This document shows positions 47,658 to 58,295 of a stretch of 64,000 nt of DNA, in pieces. The DNA is from Myxococcota bacterium (GTDB taxonomy: Bacteria > Myxococcota_A > Polyangia > Nannocystales > Nannocystaceae): NCBI GenBank assembly GCA_039028615.1, contig JBCCHT010000003.1, positions 64,001 to 128,000 on the forward strand. The letters are read 5' to 3'. The translations under genes and the position numbers were made by a program. How positions within the stretch are numbered: the first letter of the stretch is position 1; each line of letters opens with the position of its first letter. The notes below the pieces were generated by a model. That model saw nothing but the letters and a program-made list of their open reading frames with translations, searched no databases and was not told the DNA's origin.

Positions 47658-50600
47658 TCAGGGGTGCTCTTGGAGCCACTGCTCGAGTTGCTCGACTTGG
47701 CCCGGCTGCACGAAGTCGGCGGTGCCCAGCAGCTTCAGGGCATCACGTACGAGGGCCTTGGCGCGCTCGCGGTCGGTGTCGGTGGCCCACAGCGCCCGCG
47801 CCAGCGCGAAATCGATTTCAGCCTGGTTGGTGGGCATCTGCTCGCTGCGACTGGCCATCTCCTTGGCCCGCTGCATCCACGGCAGAGCGGTTTGCGCCTG
47901 GTCGCTCGCCAGGTACGCCTCGCCGACGAGCATCATCAGGGCGCCGCGACCGTCTTCGGGCAGCAGCGCTCCGTCGTTGATGGTGTCGACCAGGGGCGCG
48001 GCCTCGCGAAGGATGAGGTCGTGGCGCCCCACGTAGTGGGCTTCCATCGCCACCCCCAGCACCGACCAGGCGACGCTGGAGTGGGCATCGGGAAGGGTGA
48101 CACGGCGGATCTTCAGGCCGCGCTCATGCAACGCCAGGGCGCGCTCGTGGTCGCCCAGCTCCCCCACGGGCAGGGCCAGGGTGTAGACCGCGTCGGCGAT
48201 GCGGGCGTGGTCCTTTCCCAGGCTGCGCTCGTACACCCCGAGCGCCTCTTCGTAGTTGTCGATCGCTGCCTTCATGTCCCCCATGGTGGCGAGGGTCTGG
48301 CCCCGGTTGATGAGCGCGTTGCCGATGTCGGGGTGATCGGTGGGCAAGGTCTTGCGGCGAATCGCCAGGGCCCGGTCGCTGATCTTCAGGCCTTCGTCGA
48401 GGCGACCGGTGACGCGACTGACGAGCACGAGGTTGTCCAGCGGTGCGCCGAGCTTGCCGTCGAGCCCGGCGGTGTCGAAGATCTCGACCGAGCGCTCGAG
48501 GTGCTCGCGGGCGCGCTCGTACTCTCCGATGTTGAGCAGCGCCGCCGCGAGGTCGTTGTGGGCCGAGCCGGTCTCGGGGTGATCGAGCCCGTAGGATTCC
48601 TTGTAGCGGGTCAGCACCAGCTCGAGGTTCTCGGTCGCGCGCACGGGCTCGCCGAGGCGGTCGTGGACCACGGCCATCGTCTTGAGCGTGTCGCTGGTGC
48701 GGGAGCTGTCGTCGCCGAGCACCCGCCGAAACACCTCGAGGGCGGAGCTCATGCGCTCGAGCGCCTCTTTGTAGTTGCCGGCCCCGAACTCGAGGGTGCC
48801 GAGGTTGAGCTCGATGCGCGCGTGCTGGACCTCGTCGAGCGCGGCCGCATTGGCGAGGATCTCCGCGTGCCGGGCCCATCGCCGCCCCTGGGTGTGTTGG
48901 GCGAGATCATGGCCGACCAGCTCGACCAAGACCCGCGCCGCGTACGAAGCCAGCGCGTCGGCACCGGCCGCCCGCGCGACGAAGAAGCCCTCCTCCAGCT
49001 GGGCCGCGGCGTCGTCGTAGCGACCGATCGCATATAGCGTGCGGCCTTGCCTCACCAGGGCGGAGGCCAGCAGGTGCTTGTGCTCCAGCGCGCGGGCTTC
49101 GGGGAGGTTGTCCTCGAGGAGCGCGAGGGCGTCCTTGAAGTGGCCGGAGGCGCGGAGGTTCGATGCTTGCTCGAGCCGGGCCCGGATCTGAGCCACACGC
49201 TCGGCGAGCTCCGGGTCGTCGGGCAAGGGCATGCGGTGCCGCAGCTGCGCCGGGTCGGCACAGGGCGTGACGCGAAACCGGGCGGTGACGGCTTGGATGG
49301 CCCGGTTGAGCACGGCCGCGTCCGCCTCGGCCAACAGCCGTAGCTCGCCGCGCAGCATGGTCAGGGTGGTGTCGAAGCACTCGTCCTGTCGGGCGTGCAG
49401 CGAGGGGGGCACCGAGTTCGGCTCGGCGCAGCTTTCGTAGCGCAGGTCCTTCCACTGCTGCGCGCGCTCGTCCAGGCGCGGCTCCAGGTGGGCCCATGTC
49501 GACGGGGCGTAGCTCAAGCCGGTCTCGAGCATGCCTTCTCGGGTCTGCTGGCGGACCTCGTCGTTCCAGACCTCGTCGATGGCGGCGGCCGAGCGACGGC
49601 ACTCGGCTAGGCGCTGTCGTTCCACCACCAGGTTGGAGCCGTACACCGCCCCGATGCCCGCGAGGCCGAGTCCCACCGCGACGATGCGGCGTCGGGTTCG
49701 GGTGGGATCGCGGCTCAGGGCGTCGTCGAGGTCGGCGAGCGAAGGCCAGCGATCGGCCGGCTTGGGCGCGAGCCCTCGTACCACGATCTCACGCAGCCAT
49801 CGCGGCACGCGGGAGCCGGCCGGGACCGACTGGAACTCGCCCCGAGTGACGGCGGCGACGAGTGCGGGCAGCGAATCGGCAGGGAAGGGGCGCTGCCCGT
49901 ACAGCGCCTCGTAGAGCGTCACGCAGAAGGCGAACTGATCGCTGCGAGAATCGGTGGGCCGACCCGCGTGCTGCTCGGGCGCCATATAGGCGGGCGTACC
50001 CATCACCGCGCCCGTGCGGGTGAGGTTGGCCAGGAACTCGGACGAGGTCAGCGAGCTGGTGCTCACCTGCGAGCTGATCTCGGGGTCGATGCCCGTCTGG
50101 CTCCCCGTGGGCGTGGCCAGGCCGAAGTCCATCACCAGGATGCGCCGCGGCGGGCCGCCGCCCTCGCTCGGCTCGATCATGAGGTTGTCGGGCTTGAAGT
50201 CCCGATGGACCATGTCCTTGACGTGGGCGGCATGCAGCCCGCGCCCCGCCTCGCGCATCACCGCCACGATCTCGCGCCAGCTTCGGTTCTCGCTTCGCAG
50301 CCACTGCTGAAACGTGACCCCGTCGATGAACTCCATCGCCACGAAGACCTGGCCCTCGTGCTCGCCCACGTCGTGCACGGTGATCACGTTGGGGTGCTGC
50401 AGGCGCGCGAGGGCCTGGGCCTCGCGCATCAGCCGACCGCGCCCCTTGCTGGTGTCGATGGAGCCGATCAGCGCGGGTCGGAGCAGCTTGATCGCCACAC
50501 GCCGCTCGAGCTCTGGATCGTAGGCTGCATACACGACCCCCATGCCGCCCGAGCCCAGCACGTCGAGCACCACGTAGCGACCCAAGGAGTCACCCTTGAG

Positions 50601-50687
50601 CAGGCGAACGGGCTCCGACGACGAAGAATTACGACCGGTGGCATCGGTCTCCCCCAGCAGGGTGTCTCCGAACTCGGTCTCCTCCAC
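47658..50687 (-). CDS. Ser/Thr kinase with TM and TPR repeats
   Basis: [33 protein letters not shown]-type TPRs. Confidence 0.95.
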   Translation of the reverse strand: MEETEFGDTLLGETDATGRNSSSSEPVRLLKGDSLGRYVVLDVLGSGGMGVVYAAYDPELERRVAIKLLRPALIGSIDTSKGRGRLMREAQALARLQHPNVITVHDVGEHEGQVFVAMEFIDGVTFQQWLRSENRSWREIVAVMREAGRGLHAAHVKDMVHRDFKPDNLMIEPSEGGGPPRRILVMDFGLATPTGSQTGIDPEISSQVSTSSLTSSEFLANLTRTGAVMGTPAYMAPEQHAGRPTDSRSDQFAFCVTLYEALYGQRPFPADSLPALVAAVTRGEFQSVPAGSRVPRWLREIVVRGLAPKPADRWPSLADLDDALSRDPTRTRRRIVAVGLGLAGIGAVYGSNLVVERQRLAECRRSAAAIDEVWNDEVRQQTREGMLETGLSYAPSTWAHLEPRLDERAQQWKDLRYESCAEPNSVPPSLHARQDECFDTTLTMLRGELRLLAEADAAVLNRAIQAVTARFRVTPCADPAQLRHRMPLPDDPELAERVAQIRARLEQASNLRASGHFKDALALLEDNLPEARALEHKHLLASALVRQGRTLYAIGRYDDAAAQLEEGFFVARAAGADALASYAARVLVELVGHDLAQHTQGRRWARHAEILANAAALDEVQHARIELNLGTLEFGAGNYKEALERMSSALEVFRRVLGDDSSRTSDTLKTMAVVHDRLGEPVRATENLELVLTRYKESYGLDHPETGSAHNDLAAALLNIGEYERAREHLERSVEIFDTAGLDGKLGAPLDNLVLVSRVTGRLDEGLKISDRALAIRRKTLPTDHPDIGNALINRGQTLATMGDMKAAIDNYEEALGVYERSLGKDHARIADAVYTLALPVGELGDHERALALHERGLKIRRVTLPDAHSSVAWSVLGVAMEAHYVGRHDLILREAAPLVDTINDGALLPEDGRGALMMLVGEAYLASDQAQTALPWMQRAKEMASRSEQMPTNQAEIDFALARALWATDTDRERAKALVRDALKLLGTADFVQPGQVEQLEQWLQEHP

Positions 50688-50858
50688 GCAGACCCAAGGG
50701 TACCGCTGCGGCGAGGTGTGGGCGACCCACGGCGACGGCGAACGACGTGCCGGTCGGGATCGGTGTTTCGTCGGCCTCGGAGCGTAGGCATGGGCACCCG
50801 TTGTTCATGCTGCGTACGGTCGCGGGGGCCGGCCAATCCGGGTAGGGTCGTCTTCGCC

Positions 50859-51734
50859 GTGCCCGCCCGCCACCGCATCCTCGTTGCCTTGGTCTTGGGG
50901 TTGGGGACGGCCGCACCCGGCTGCAACAACCGCCTGTTCCTTCACCCTAGTCACGATCCCGTCGCCACTGCGGCCGAGCGGGTCGAGATCGGGACGATGC
51001 ACCGCCGACTCGAGGGGCGTCCGCTCGAGGCCTTCTACCGCGAGTACGGGACGCAGGGGCGCCCGCCCGGCGTCTTCGTCCTCGCGTTCACGGGCAACGC
51101 GGGGCGAGCGGAGCGACTCGTCGATGCGGTCCCCCGGGTGCTGTCGCCCTGGAACGAGCAGGGGATGGCGGTGCTCGCCGTCAACTACCCCGGCTTCGGC
51201 TCGATGCCCGAGCCGGGGCCGGCCAACCTGCGGCGTCTCGGCGTGGCGGCCGAAGAGGCCTATGCCTACGCCGTCGAGCGGGCCGCAGGCGCGCCCATCG
51301 TGATCTACGGCATCAGCATGGGCACGACCGCGGCGTTGCACATCGCGGCGTCCCACCCCGAGCAGCCGCCGGCCGGGCTGGTCCTCGATCGCGGCCCCAA
51401 CATCCCGCGCATCGTGATGGGGCGCTTCGGCTGGTGGAACCTGTGGCTCGCGGCGGGACCGGTGACGCTGAGCCTGCCGCGCTCGGTCTGGAGCCGCGGC
51501 AACGCCCGGCGCATCGATGACGTGCCCGCCGTGTTCGTGCTCGGGACCACGGACACGCTGGTCACCCCGCGCAACGGGGGCTCGGTCATCGCCAAATACG
51601 ACGCGCCGCATCGGGTGGTGCAGCTCGACATCGGCCACAACACCTCGGTCACCGCCGACGAACACCCCGGGCTCGTCGAGGGACTGACGTGGTTGTGGAC
51701 GCAGGTCGACGCGGGGCCGCCCGGCGCTCGCTGA
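50859..51734 (+). CDS. Alpha/beta hydrolase lipoprotein
   Basis: FTGNA, NYPGFG, GISMG nucleophile, GTTD, GHN. Confidence 0.85.
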   Translation: MPARHRILVALVLGLGTAAPGCNNRLFLHPSHDPVATAAERVEIGTMHRRLEGRPLEAFYREYGTQGRPPGVFVLAFTGNAGRAERLVDAVPRVLSPWNEQGMAVLAVNYPGFGSMPEPGPANLRRLGVAAEEAYAYAVERAAGAPIVIYGISMGTTAALHIAASHPEQPPAGLVLDRGPNIPRIVMGRFGWWNLWLAAGPVTLSLPRSVWSRGNARRIDDVPAVFVLGTTDTLVTPRNGGSVIAKYDAPHRVVQLDIGHNTSVTADEHPGLVEGLTWLWTQVDAGPPGAR

Positions 51735-51746
51735 GCATCGCGGCGA

Positions 51747-52838
51747 TCAGACGGGTCGATACACGAGCACGTCGCAGATGGGGTCCGAGCCCACGCCTTC
51801 CTGCCCCGTGATCATGATCCGCAGGTCGTCCCCGCTCCCTACGCTGGTGATGCCCCCCGCGAACCCGACGTACTCGGGCGGGAGCTCGGTGACCGACAGC
51901 GCTTGCAGGTCGGTATCGAAGCTCGCGATGGCTCGGGTCGGTGCATCGAAATCGCTGAGGGTCACGTACAGGGCACCATCGGCGGCCAGCGTCAGGTAGA
52001 TGGCCGCGGTCAGCGACACGGGCCCGGCGACCTGAGTGCCGCGGGCGTCGTACTTGCGCAGGTTCACCGGGTCGCCGCTGTTGAGGGGGTTGGAGACGAT
52101 CGAGGTCAGCACGTAGTGATTGCCGCTGGCATCCACCGCGACGTCGAGCGGCACCTCGTGCACGTCGATCGAGCCCACCACCGTGCCGCTGCCCGGCTCG
52201 ATGCGCAGCACCTGGCCGTTGCCGGGCGCCCCGTTGCACGCGTACAGCGACTGTTCACCGTCGACCACTGCGTGAGTCAGGCCCAGCAACAGCGCGTCGG
52301 GAATGGTGACGCCGTCTTCGCCCCACAGCGGCTCGCCCGTGGCCCCGTCCCACTTGAGCAGGCGCTCGCCGCTGGTATTGCCCCCCTGGCTGACGACCAC
52401 GCCGCCCGCGTCGTCGAGCGACAGGTCGGTGCCGAAGCTGGTCGAGATGCTCGGGTTCGCGACCGTCTCGAGCATGCCGTCCGCGTAGCGCTCGAGATCG
52501 TCCTGGTTGTAGTTCCACAGGAAGATCTCACCGCCCGCCCCGACGTCCATACCCTTGGTCGAGACCACCGAGTTCACGTCGATGATCGTGTCGAGCTCGA
52601 GCTGCCCCGAGGGTGGATCGCCCGAGGTGCTCTCGTCGGCGGAAGTCTCCGTTCCGGCCTCGGTCGTGCCCTCGTCGGTCTCGTCGACACTGCCGCTGGA
52701 GTCGGTCAACGGCGCAGCCGTCGTCGTGGTCATACCCGTCTCGCCGGCCGCCGTGTCGGCTCCGCTTCCGCTCTCGTTCGCTTCGGGGGTGCAGGCCAAC
52801 AGCAGCGAGGCGATGGCGGTGAGGCGAGACCAGGTCAT
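51747..52838 (-). CDS. Lipoprotein with probable beta-propeller (NHL-like)
   Basis: Lipobox LLAC, T/S/E linker, PLDVAVDASGNHYV-type repeats. Confidence 0.75.
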   Translation of the reverse strand: MTWSRLTAIASLLLACTPEANESGSGADTAAGETGMTTTTAAPLTDSSGSVDETDEGTTEAGTETSADESTSGDPPSGQLELDTIIDVNSVVSTKGMDVGAGGEIFLWNYNQDDLERYADGMLETVANPSISTSFGTDLSLDDAGGVVVSQGGNTSGERLLKWDGATGEPLWGEDGVTIPDALLLGLTHAVVDGEQSLYACNGAPGNGQVLRIEPGSGTVVGSIDVHEVPLDVAVDASGNHYVLTSIVSNPLNSGDPVNLRKYDARGTQVAGPVSLTAAIYLTLAADGALYVTLSDFDAPTRAIASFDTDLQALSVTELPPEYVGFAGGITSVGSGDDLRIMITGQEGVGSDPICDVLVYRPV

Positions 52839-52897
52839 GCCCGAGTCTATCAAGTCCGACGAACGCACCGAGTCGTGGGGGCTATGATGTGCGCGCC

Positions 52898-53680
52898 GTG
52901 GGCGACACCTACGATCCCGAGCTCTACGATCTGTTTCATCCGCCCCAGGCGGAGGACAGCGACATCGCGCTCTACCAGCAGCTCGCGTGCGACAGTGGGG
53001 GCCCGGTACTCGAGCTGGGCGTGGGCACGGGGCGGACGCTGCTGCCCATCGCCCGTGATGGCATCCCGATCGTCGGCATGGATACATCGCCTCGCATGCT
53101 CGAGGCGTTGCGCCAGCGGCTCGCCGCCGAGGAGCCCGAAGTCCGCGCCCGCGTACGAATCGAGAACGGGGACATGCGGCAGTTCTCGCTGGACGAGACC
53201 TTCTCGCTGATCACCATCCCGTTTCGGGGATTCCTGCACAACCGCACCAAGGGGGATCAGAAGGCCTGCCTGCGTGCATGCCATCGGCACCTGCGCTCGG
53301 GCGGGGAGCTGGCCTTCAGCGTGTTCCACCCTTCACTCGAGTTCGGCCGCGACGACGACTCGCTGGTCTCCGGGGTGTGGCGCTGGCGAGGCAGCCGCGA
53401 GCGCGAAGACGGAGGCCACGTCGATCTGTCCGAGTGCACGATCTACGACACCGAAGCGCAGCGGCTCTCGGCTCGCCTGCGCTACGAGGCCTACGACGCC
53501 CGCGGTCGCCTCGAGTACGCCCACATGCATCGCCTCGAGCTGGGCTACCTGTACCCCACCGACATCCGCGGCCTGCTCGGCGAGATGGGCTTCGTCGACG
53601 TTCACATCGAGGGAGGCTTCGCGGGCGCTCCCTTTGCCGAGGACGCCAAAGAACTCATCGTGCGGGCGCGTCGACCGTGA
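52898..53680 (+). CDS. Class I SAM-dependent methyltransferase
   Basis: VLELGVGTGR, GMDTSPRML, GDMRQF, HLRSGG. Confidence 0.92.
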   Translation: MGDTYDPELYDLFHPPQAEDSDIALYQQLACDSGGPVLELGVGTGRTLLPIARDGIPIVGMDTSPRMLEALRQRLAAEEPEVRARVRIENGDMRQFSLDETFSLITIPFRGFLHNRTKGDQKACLRACHRHLRSGGELAFSVFHPSLEFGRDDDSLVSGVWRWRGSREREDGGHVDLSECTIYDTEAQRLSARLRYEAYDARGRLEYAHMHRLELGYLYPTDIRGLLGEMGFVDVHIEGGFAGAPFAEDAKELIVRARRP

Positions 53681-54644
53681 GCCCCAGCTCGTTCATCAGC
53701 ACGCGCAGGGGCTCTTCGACCCCGCTTCGATGCAGGAGGCTGAGGACGGGCTCGATGACCCCGTTGAAGATCCGCTCGAGGGCCGCGGCATCGTGCAGCG
53801 TCATGGCGCGGATCTTGGTGATGCCGTCGCGATAGGCCTCGACCATGCGATAGACGCAGTACGAAGCCGCCCCGGAGGGAAAGATGATCGCCTGGGCGGC
53901 GGCGAGGGCTTCGGCGTCGTCGCGGGCGCGCTCGACCAGGGACTCGAAGTGGTCGCGATCGGGGTGCGGCGCGGTCAGGCCGTACAGGATCGCGAGGTTG
54001 TTGCGCGGCCGAGCCCAGTCGGCACTGGCTGGTTGGTCGAGCGCATCGCGGAGGTCGTCGCTCACCTGGATGAGCCGTCCCAGCGGGCCGCCCAGGGCAT
54101 CGAGGGCATCGGCCAGCGCAGGCGAGGCACCGCCGATCGTCCCGCCCATGGCCAGTGCACAGCCGAACAGCGGCGGGGTCTTGAGGTCGACGACCCGCCA
54201 GTACTCGTCCTCGTCGGCGCAGGGCTGGATGTCGATGTGCTGGGCCATCGAGGTCTGCATGTTCATGCGCGCCAGCCGAACCGTGAGGTCGTGCTCTACT
54301 GCCGCCTCGAGGCCGCCCTCGGCGATCGCTCGCGATGCCGCCGACTGGAAGCTGAGCGCCATGTTGGCGACTTGCCCCGGTCCCAGCGTGCGATAGAGGC
54401 CATCGGGTTCCTCGTCGAGCATGTCGTCGACGAGGTGGATGGCCCCCAGCATGGAGAAGATCGCGATGGCGGCGGGCAGCGAGCGCTCGGGTTCGCTACC
54501 GACCGCGACGCAGGCCCACGGACAGTAGTCCCAGCAGGGCATGCCGCCGCGGAGCACCGTGCGCAGGACGAAGTCCCGCATCGGCGGGATCCCGTCCAGT
54601 TCGGGCATCGCCAGCAGACTCTGCTGGATTTGTTGCAGCGCCAT
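53655..54644 (-). CDS. Isoprenoid-synthase-fold (ComQ-like) prenyltransferase
   Basis: HLVDDMLD, AQHIDI, LKT, IQVSDDLRD; lacks GKxxR and the post-FARM RR. Confidence 0.85.
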   Translation of the reverse strand: MALQQIQQSLLAMPELDGIPPMRDFVLRTVLRGGMPCWDYCPWACVAVGSEPERSLPAAIAIFSMLGAIHLVDDMLDEEPDGLYRTLGPGQVANMALSFQSAASRAIAEGGLEAAVEHDLTVRLARMNMQTSMAQHIDIQPCADEDEYWRVVDLKTPPLFGCALAMGGTIGGASPALADALDALGGPLGRLIQVSDDLRDALDQPASADWARPRNNLAILYGLTAPHPDRDHFESLVERARDDAEALAAAQAIIFPSGAASYCVYRMVEAYRDGITKIRAMTLHDAAALERIFNGVIEPVLSLLHRSGVEEPLRVLMNELGLTVDAPAR

Positions 54645-54662
54645 GCGCGGGCGAAACGGAGA

Positions 54663-54977
54663 CTAGCTGGTGGTCTCGGTGGGCGTCGCCTCGTGCCAGA
54701 CCGTCCAGGCGGCGAGCTCGGAGCGGGTGTCGGTCGCGTTCCACACCTGCCAGCCATGCATCTGCGACTGGGCTTTGGCGGCGCCCCAAGGGGTCCAGGC
54801 GCTGAGCTGAGCGCTCTGCTCTTGGGCGCCCCAGGGGTCCCAGTGGTTGAGCTGGGCGTTGGTGCCCCCGGTCAGCTCGCCATCGTGCTGGTAGTCGCAG
54901 ACGCGGCGCAGCGCGACGGCCCAGGGATCATCGTCGCCATTGGCGATCAAGCGCTGATGAAAATCCTTGATGTCCAT
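54663..54977 (-). CDS. Putative multicore RiPP precursor (104 aa, four WxxW repeats)
   Basis: Leader ending ELTGG; W46/49, W61/64, W76/79, W91/94; 18 nt from the prenyltransferase start. Confidence 0.75.
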   Translation of the reverse strand: MDIKDFHQRLIANGDDDPWAVALRRVCDYQHDGELTGGTNAQLNHWDPWGAQEQSAQLSAWTPWGAAKAQSQMHGWQVWNATDTRSELAAWTVWHEATPTETTS

Positions 54978-55126
54978 GCCGAACAACCATGCCTGATGTC
55001 GCGATGAGTTACTCGGCGTTCGCTCACGACTTGGACACGAATCGTGCCGCCCGATTTCGCTTTTCGTGCCAAGTCGCGGACTCGCCCTGAAGGTCCGTAT
55101 CCGGAACCCGGGGCTGCGACGGTCGT

Positions 55127-55552
55127 TCACTCGGACGAGACGGTATCGGAGCCTGGTGTGATCTCGACCTCGACCCACGCTGGCTCACGCTCAGGCACGT
55201 CGAAGCTGACCCGCACGTTGTCTTCGGGGGGGGCCTTCACATCGGCGGGGCGACTGAAAGAAAAGTGGCCGTCCTCGTCCGTGGTGATTTGAAAGTCGTG
55301 TTGCCACCCGGTCCAGGAGACCGAGAGGTTGACGTAGGGGAGCTCCGCATCCGCGGTGTCCACAGTGCAACGCGCACGCCCCTCGAGGGTGAGTCCCTCG
55401 GTGTCGGAACCTATCGCCGACAGTTCCGTGAAGGTCGCCGCGTCGGCCGGACACTTCGCCCCTTCGAAACCGTATATGTAGTCCGGCTGCTGGACTGTGC
55501 TGCAACCGATGAGAGGGAGTGCGAGTACTGCTACCGATTGGAGTCGTTTCAT
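55127..55552 (-). CDS. Hypothetical lipoprotein
   Basis: MKRLQSVAVLALPLIGC; TTDEDGHFSF beta-sandwich motif. Confidence 0.7.
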   Translation of the reverse strand: MKRLQSVAVLALPLIGCSTVQQPDYIYGFEGAKCPADAATFTELSAIGSDTEGLTLEGRARCTVDTADAELPYVNLSVSWTGWQHDFQITTDEDGHFSFSRPADVKAPPEDNVRVSFDVPEREPAWVEVEITPGSDTVSSE

Positions 55553-55944
55553 TTTCGTTGCCAGTTGGTGCTCGCGATGCCTACCGGCATCGAGTTCCAC
55601 AGCTCACCGGTGCGGGGGGCCGTGGATGAACGCGTTGTCGGCCGAGGACCACGTTTCGGTGACGGTCGCCGCCCGCGTTGTTCCAGAACGAGCTGCCTTG
55701 GATGGACCCTGAGGTGGGTGACTACGGCGAACGTCATGGGGTGGAGCCCGGCTCGGTCGCTCAGGTGGCTCGAGCCGGGGCATGGGGTAGATGACGACCT
55801 CCGCCCCAATCATTCATCCCGATCGATTTTTCCTCGCAGTGGATGGAGACCCGGCCGGTCGTGGGATGGAGGAGACCGTCCGACCACGATGGCGCGATGG
55901 GTAACGTCGAAGTCGAAGCCGCCGAAATCCGACGTTCCGCAGGC

Positions 55945-57207
55945 TCAGCCACCAAGCGGCGTATAGAGCACTTGGCACCCCGGCGGTAGGTCCTCGGCCC
56001 AGTGCCAGGCCAACAGCGAGCACTCGGAGCCGCGCAACGCCTGACGCAACGAGACGAATTGCTGGACGGTCATCCCCGAGTCCTCGATGCGAACCGTGAT
56101 GTCGGAGGAGATCGTCGCTGCCCATCGCTCGATGCCGGAAGGGTCGGCGATCGTCGCACGGAGCTTCACTTCACCGTGTGCGGTCTCGCGAACCTCGAAG
56201 TGCTCGCCGTTCACACCCACGACGAACGACGCCGACTCGAGCGGTCGATCGTCGATGATCGTCTCCGCGCCGAAGTGGCGTTCGCCCAGCTGGACCACCA
56301 GCACGTAGTCTGGCCCCTTCAGAGCCTCCGCGATCGACACGAGGGCCGACGCAGGCGCATCTCGGCTGGCAAAGACCAACACTTGCCACTCGTAGTCGTC
56401 CGTGGCAGGCGACTGCACGCCGATCGCGGAGAATTGCTCGGTCAGCCAGCGCTCGAGCTCTGCACCGTCGTCCGGGACCCCGCCACGGAGGGGGAGGGTC
56501 GGCCCTCCCGGCAATGAGATCTCGGTCGCGCTCACCTGCACGGCGATCCCCTCGCGCAGGACGGCACCCTCGGTCTTGGCCTCGGGCAACACCGCCTCGG
56601 TCTGTACCGACATCCTGGGGTAGGCAAACAGCCCGATCGCCTCACGAGCGAGCGGGGCGGGGATCTCGGCGTCGAGCAGCACGCGATGGAAGATCAAGCC
56701 ATCAACCGATACGCGATCGAGCACCCATGGCATGACATCACCCAGCTCGATGCGGTCGAACTGGCAGCGGCGCATCACCTCCGGCCGGCGTTGTTCGGGA
56801 GGCATCGTGCCGATTTCATCGAACACCGTGGTGTCGACACAGACTCGAGCGCGCCAACGTCGGTAGCGCTCGGCCTCGGCCTCGGTGGCCTGGTACTCGA
56901 GCAAATTGGGCCTCGCGGGATGCTCGTCCCTGCCCCTCCAGGCGAAGATCTCCAGTCGATGCTTCAGCTCAGGTGTCAGGCCGGGACAACTCCGGAGCAG
57001 CAGGTCTCGAACCATCGCATGACCCAAATGACGGTCTGGGGTCAGGTCTCCGTACCAGGCTGGATGTTGGTTCCGCAGCGCCTGCGTGCGCGTGACTCCC
57101 TCGCGGAGGACGTCAGCATTACACTCGATCCGGTCCCTCTTCGAGCACCCCACGACAAGGCTCGCGGACAGAAGGCAGCTGATGATCGAGGTCCTCGAGC
57201 CTCGCAT
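55945..57207 (-). CDS. Hypothetical lipoprotein with degenerate ExbD-like C-terminal domains
   Basis: Lipobox VVGC; VLVFASRDAPASALVSI; MTVQQFVSL. Confidence 0.6.
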   Translation of the reverse strand: MRGSRTSIISCLLSASLVVGCSKRDRIECNADVLREGVTRTQALRNQHPAWYGDLTPDRHLGHAMVRDLLLRSCPGLTPELKHRLEIFAWRGRDEHPARPNLLEYQATEAEAERYRRWRARVCVDTTVFDEIGTMPPEQRRPEVMRRCQFDRIELGDVMPWVLDRVSVDGLIFHRVLLDAEIPAPLAREAIGLFAYPRMSVQTEAVLPEAKTEGAVLREGIAVQVSATEISLPGGPTLPLRGGVPDDGAELERWLTEQFSAIGVQSPATDDYEWQVLVFASRDAPASALVSIAEALKGPDYVLVVQLGERHFGAETIIDDRPLESASFVVGVNGEHFEVRETAHGEVKLRATIADPSGIERWAATISSDITVRIEDSGMTVQQFVSLRQALRGSECSLLAWHWAEDLPPGCQVLYTPLGG

Positions 57208-57465
57208 TTTTCCGAGTATAGCGGAGAGGCGTGGTCCCACGGATGCGTATGACCCTCGGGGCACACGCCGATATTCCGACGAGAATTCGTCCTCGCGCGC
57301 AACACCTCGTGTTCACTCCAAGTCTCCCCGGAAGATGCAAACCACCGCCAAAGAGGAACCACAGGGCCACCGCTACTACTTCTAGCGCAACGCGCCGAGC
57401 ACCCAGCGCTGCTGATAGGCGGCGCTGGGGTTGTCGACCTGTACCGTGATCGTGCCGTCGCCGAC

Positions 57466-58182
57466 TCACAGATTCAGGTGCGTCTTGATCGTGGAGCACC
57501 ACGCCTTTTGGAAATCGTTGGGGCTGTCGTAGTAGCCGCCCGAGTGGCTCTTGTACTTCTTGGTCATCAACCCGGGCGCGCCATCGGGGAGGCCGAAGAA
57601 GTGGCCGACCTCGTGGCGCTTGTCGTAGAGCTTGCTGACGTTGTCGGCGGCCACGATGTTGGGCGCGTAGTACTTGCCGGGCACGTTGCCCGAGCCGCTG
57701 CTGGTCTGGGGCTTGGCGGTCACCTTCTCGAAGAACGCGACGTGGAAGAAGCGCGGATCGGGCGGGGCAAAGCCCAGGGCGCGCAGGGCCGCTTCACCGT
57801 GGAGCGTGTAGTACTTTTTGCTCGGCTTCACCTTGCCGGAGTCGGTGACGAAGATCTTTTTCTTGCCGGGTAGCTTGCTCTCGTCGTTGCCTTCGTTGAT
57901 GACCCCGTCGATATGCGTGAGGTCTTCGCAGTTCGCATTGGTGCCGTCGATCCACCACTGGACCTGCTCGACCCATTGGCTGGCTTCTTTGATCTTGGCC
58001 GCCTTGGGGCCGCTATAGAACTTGATGTGGAGGTCGAGTCGGGTGCTCTCCTTCTCGTCGTTGTCGGGCTGGCCTTGTTCCTCGCCGGACGGGTTCTGCC
58101 CGGCGTCGTCTTCTTTGGGGGGCTCGGGGGCGTCGAAGGACAGCCCCAGGAGGGAAATACCGATGAGCAATACGCGTAGCAT
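57466..58182 (-). CDS. Secreted metzincin-like metallopeptidase
   Basis: Signal peptide; HEVGHFFGLPD followed by GLM (Met-turn). Confidence 0.7.
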   Translation of the reverse strand: MLRVLLIGISLLGLSFDAPEPPKEDDAGQNPSGEEQGQPDNDEKESTRLDLHIKFYSGPKAAKIKEASQWVEQVQWWIDGTNANCEDLTHIDGVINEGNDESKLPGKKKIFVTDSGKVKPSKKYYTLHGEAALRALGFAPPDPRFFHVAFFEKVTAKPQTSSGSGNVPGKYYAPNIVAADNVSKLYDKRHEVGHFFGLPDGAPGLMTKKYKSHSGGYYDSPNDFQKAWCSTIKTHLNL

Positions 58183-58254
58183 GGAGGTCTCTCGCTGTGT
58201 GTCAGCGGGAGACGGACGGCCACGCGAGTCGATTGCAAAAAGTACGAGCAAAGG

Positions 58255-58284
58255 GCTCGACCCCACGCGAGCGCGGGGTCGAGC
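58255..58284 (-). terminator. Hairpin downstream of the DNRLRE gene
   Basis: gctcgacccc...ggggtcgagc. Confidence 0.5.
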
Positions 58285-58295
58285 GCTCCGGCTGG

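Noticed and set aside
53655..54644. Ordinary FPP/GGPP synthase or terpene cyclase cluster
   Set aside because: IPP-binding motifs missing and no class II cyclase or MEP/carotenoid genes nearby; disfavoured but not excluded
55553..55944. Short ORFs or RNA gene in this intergenic gap (also 57208..57465, 59403..59733)
   Set aside because: No recognisable motifs, tRNA fold or convincing coding signal
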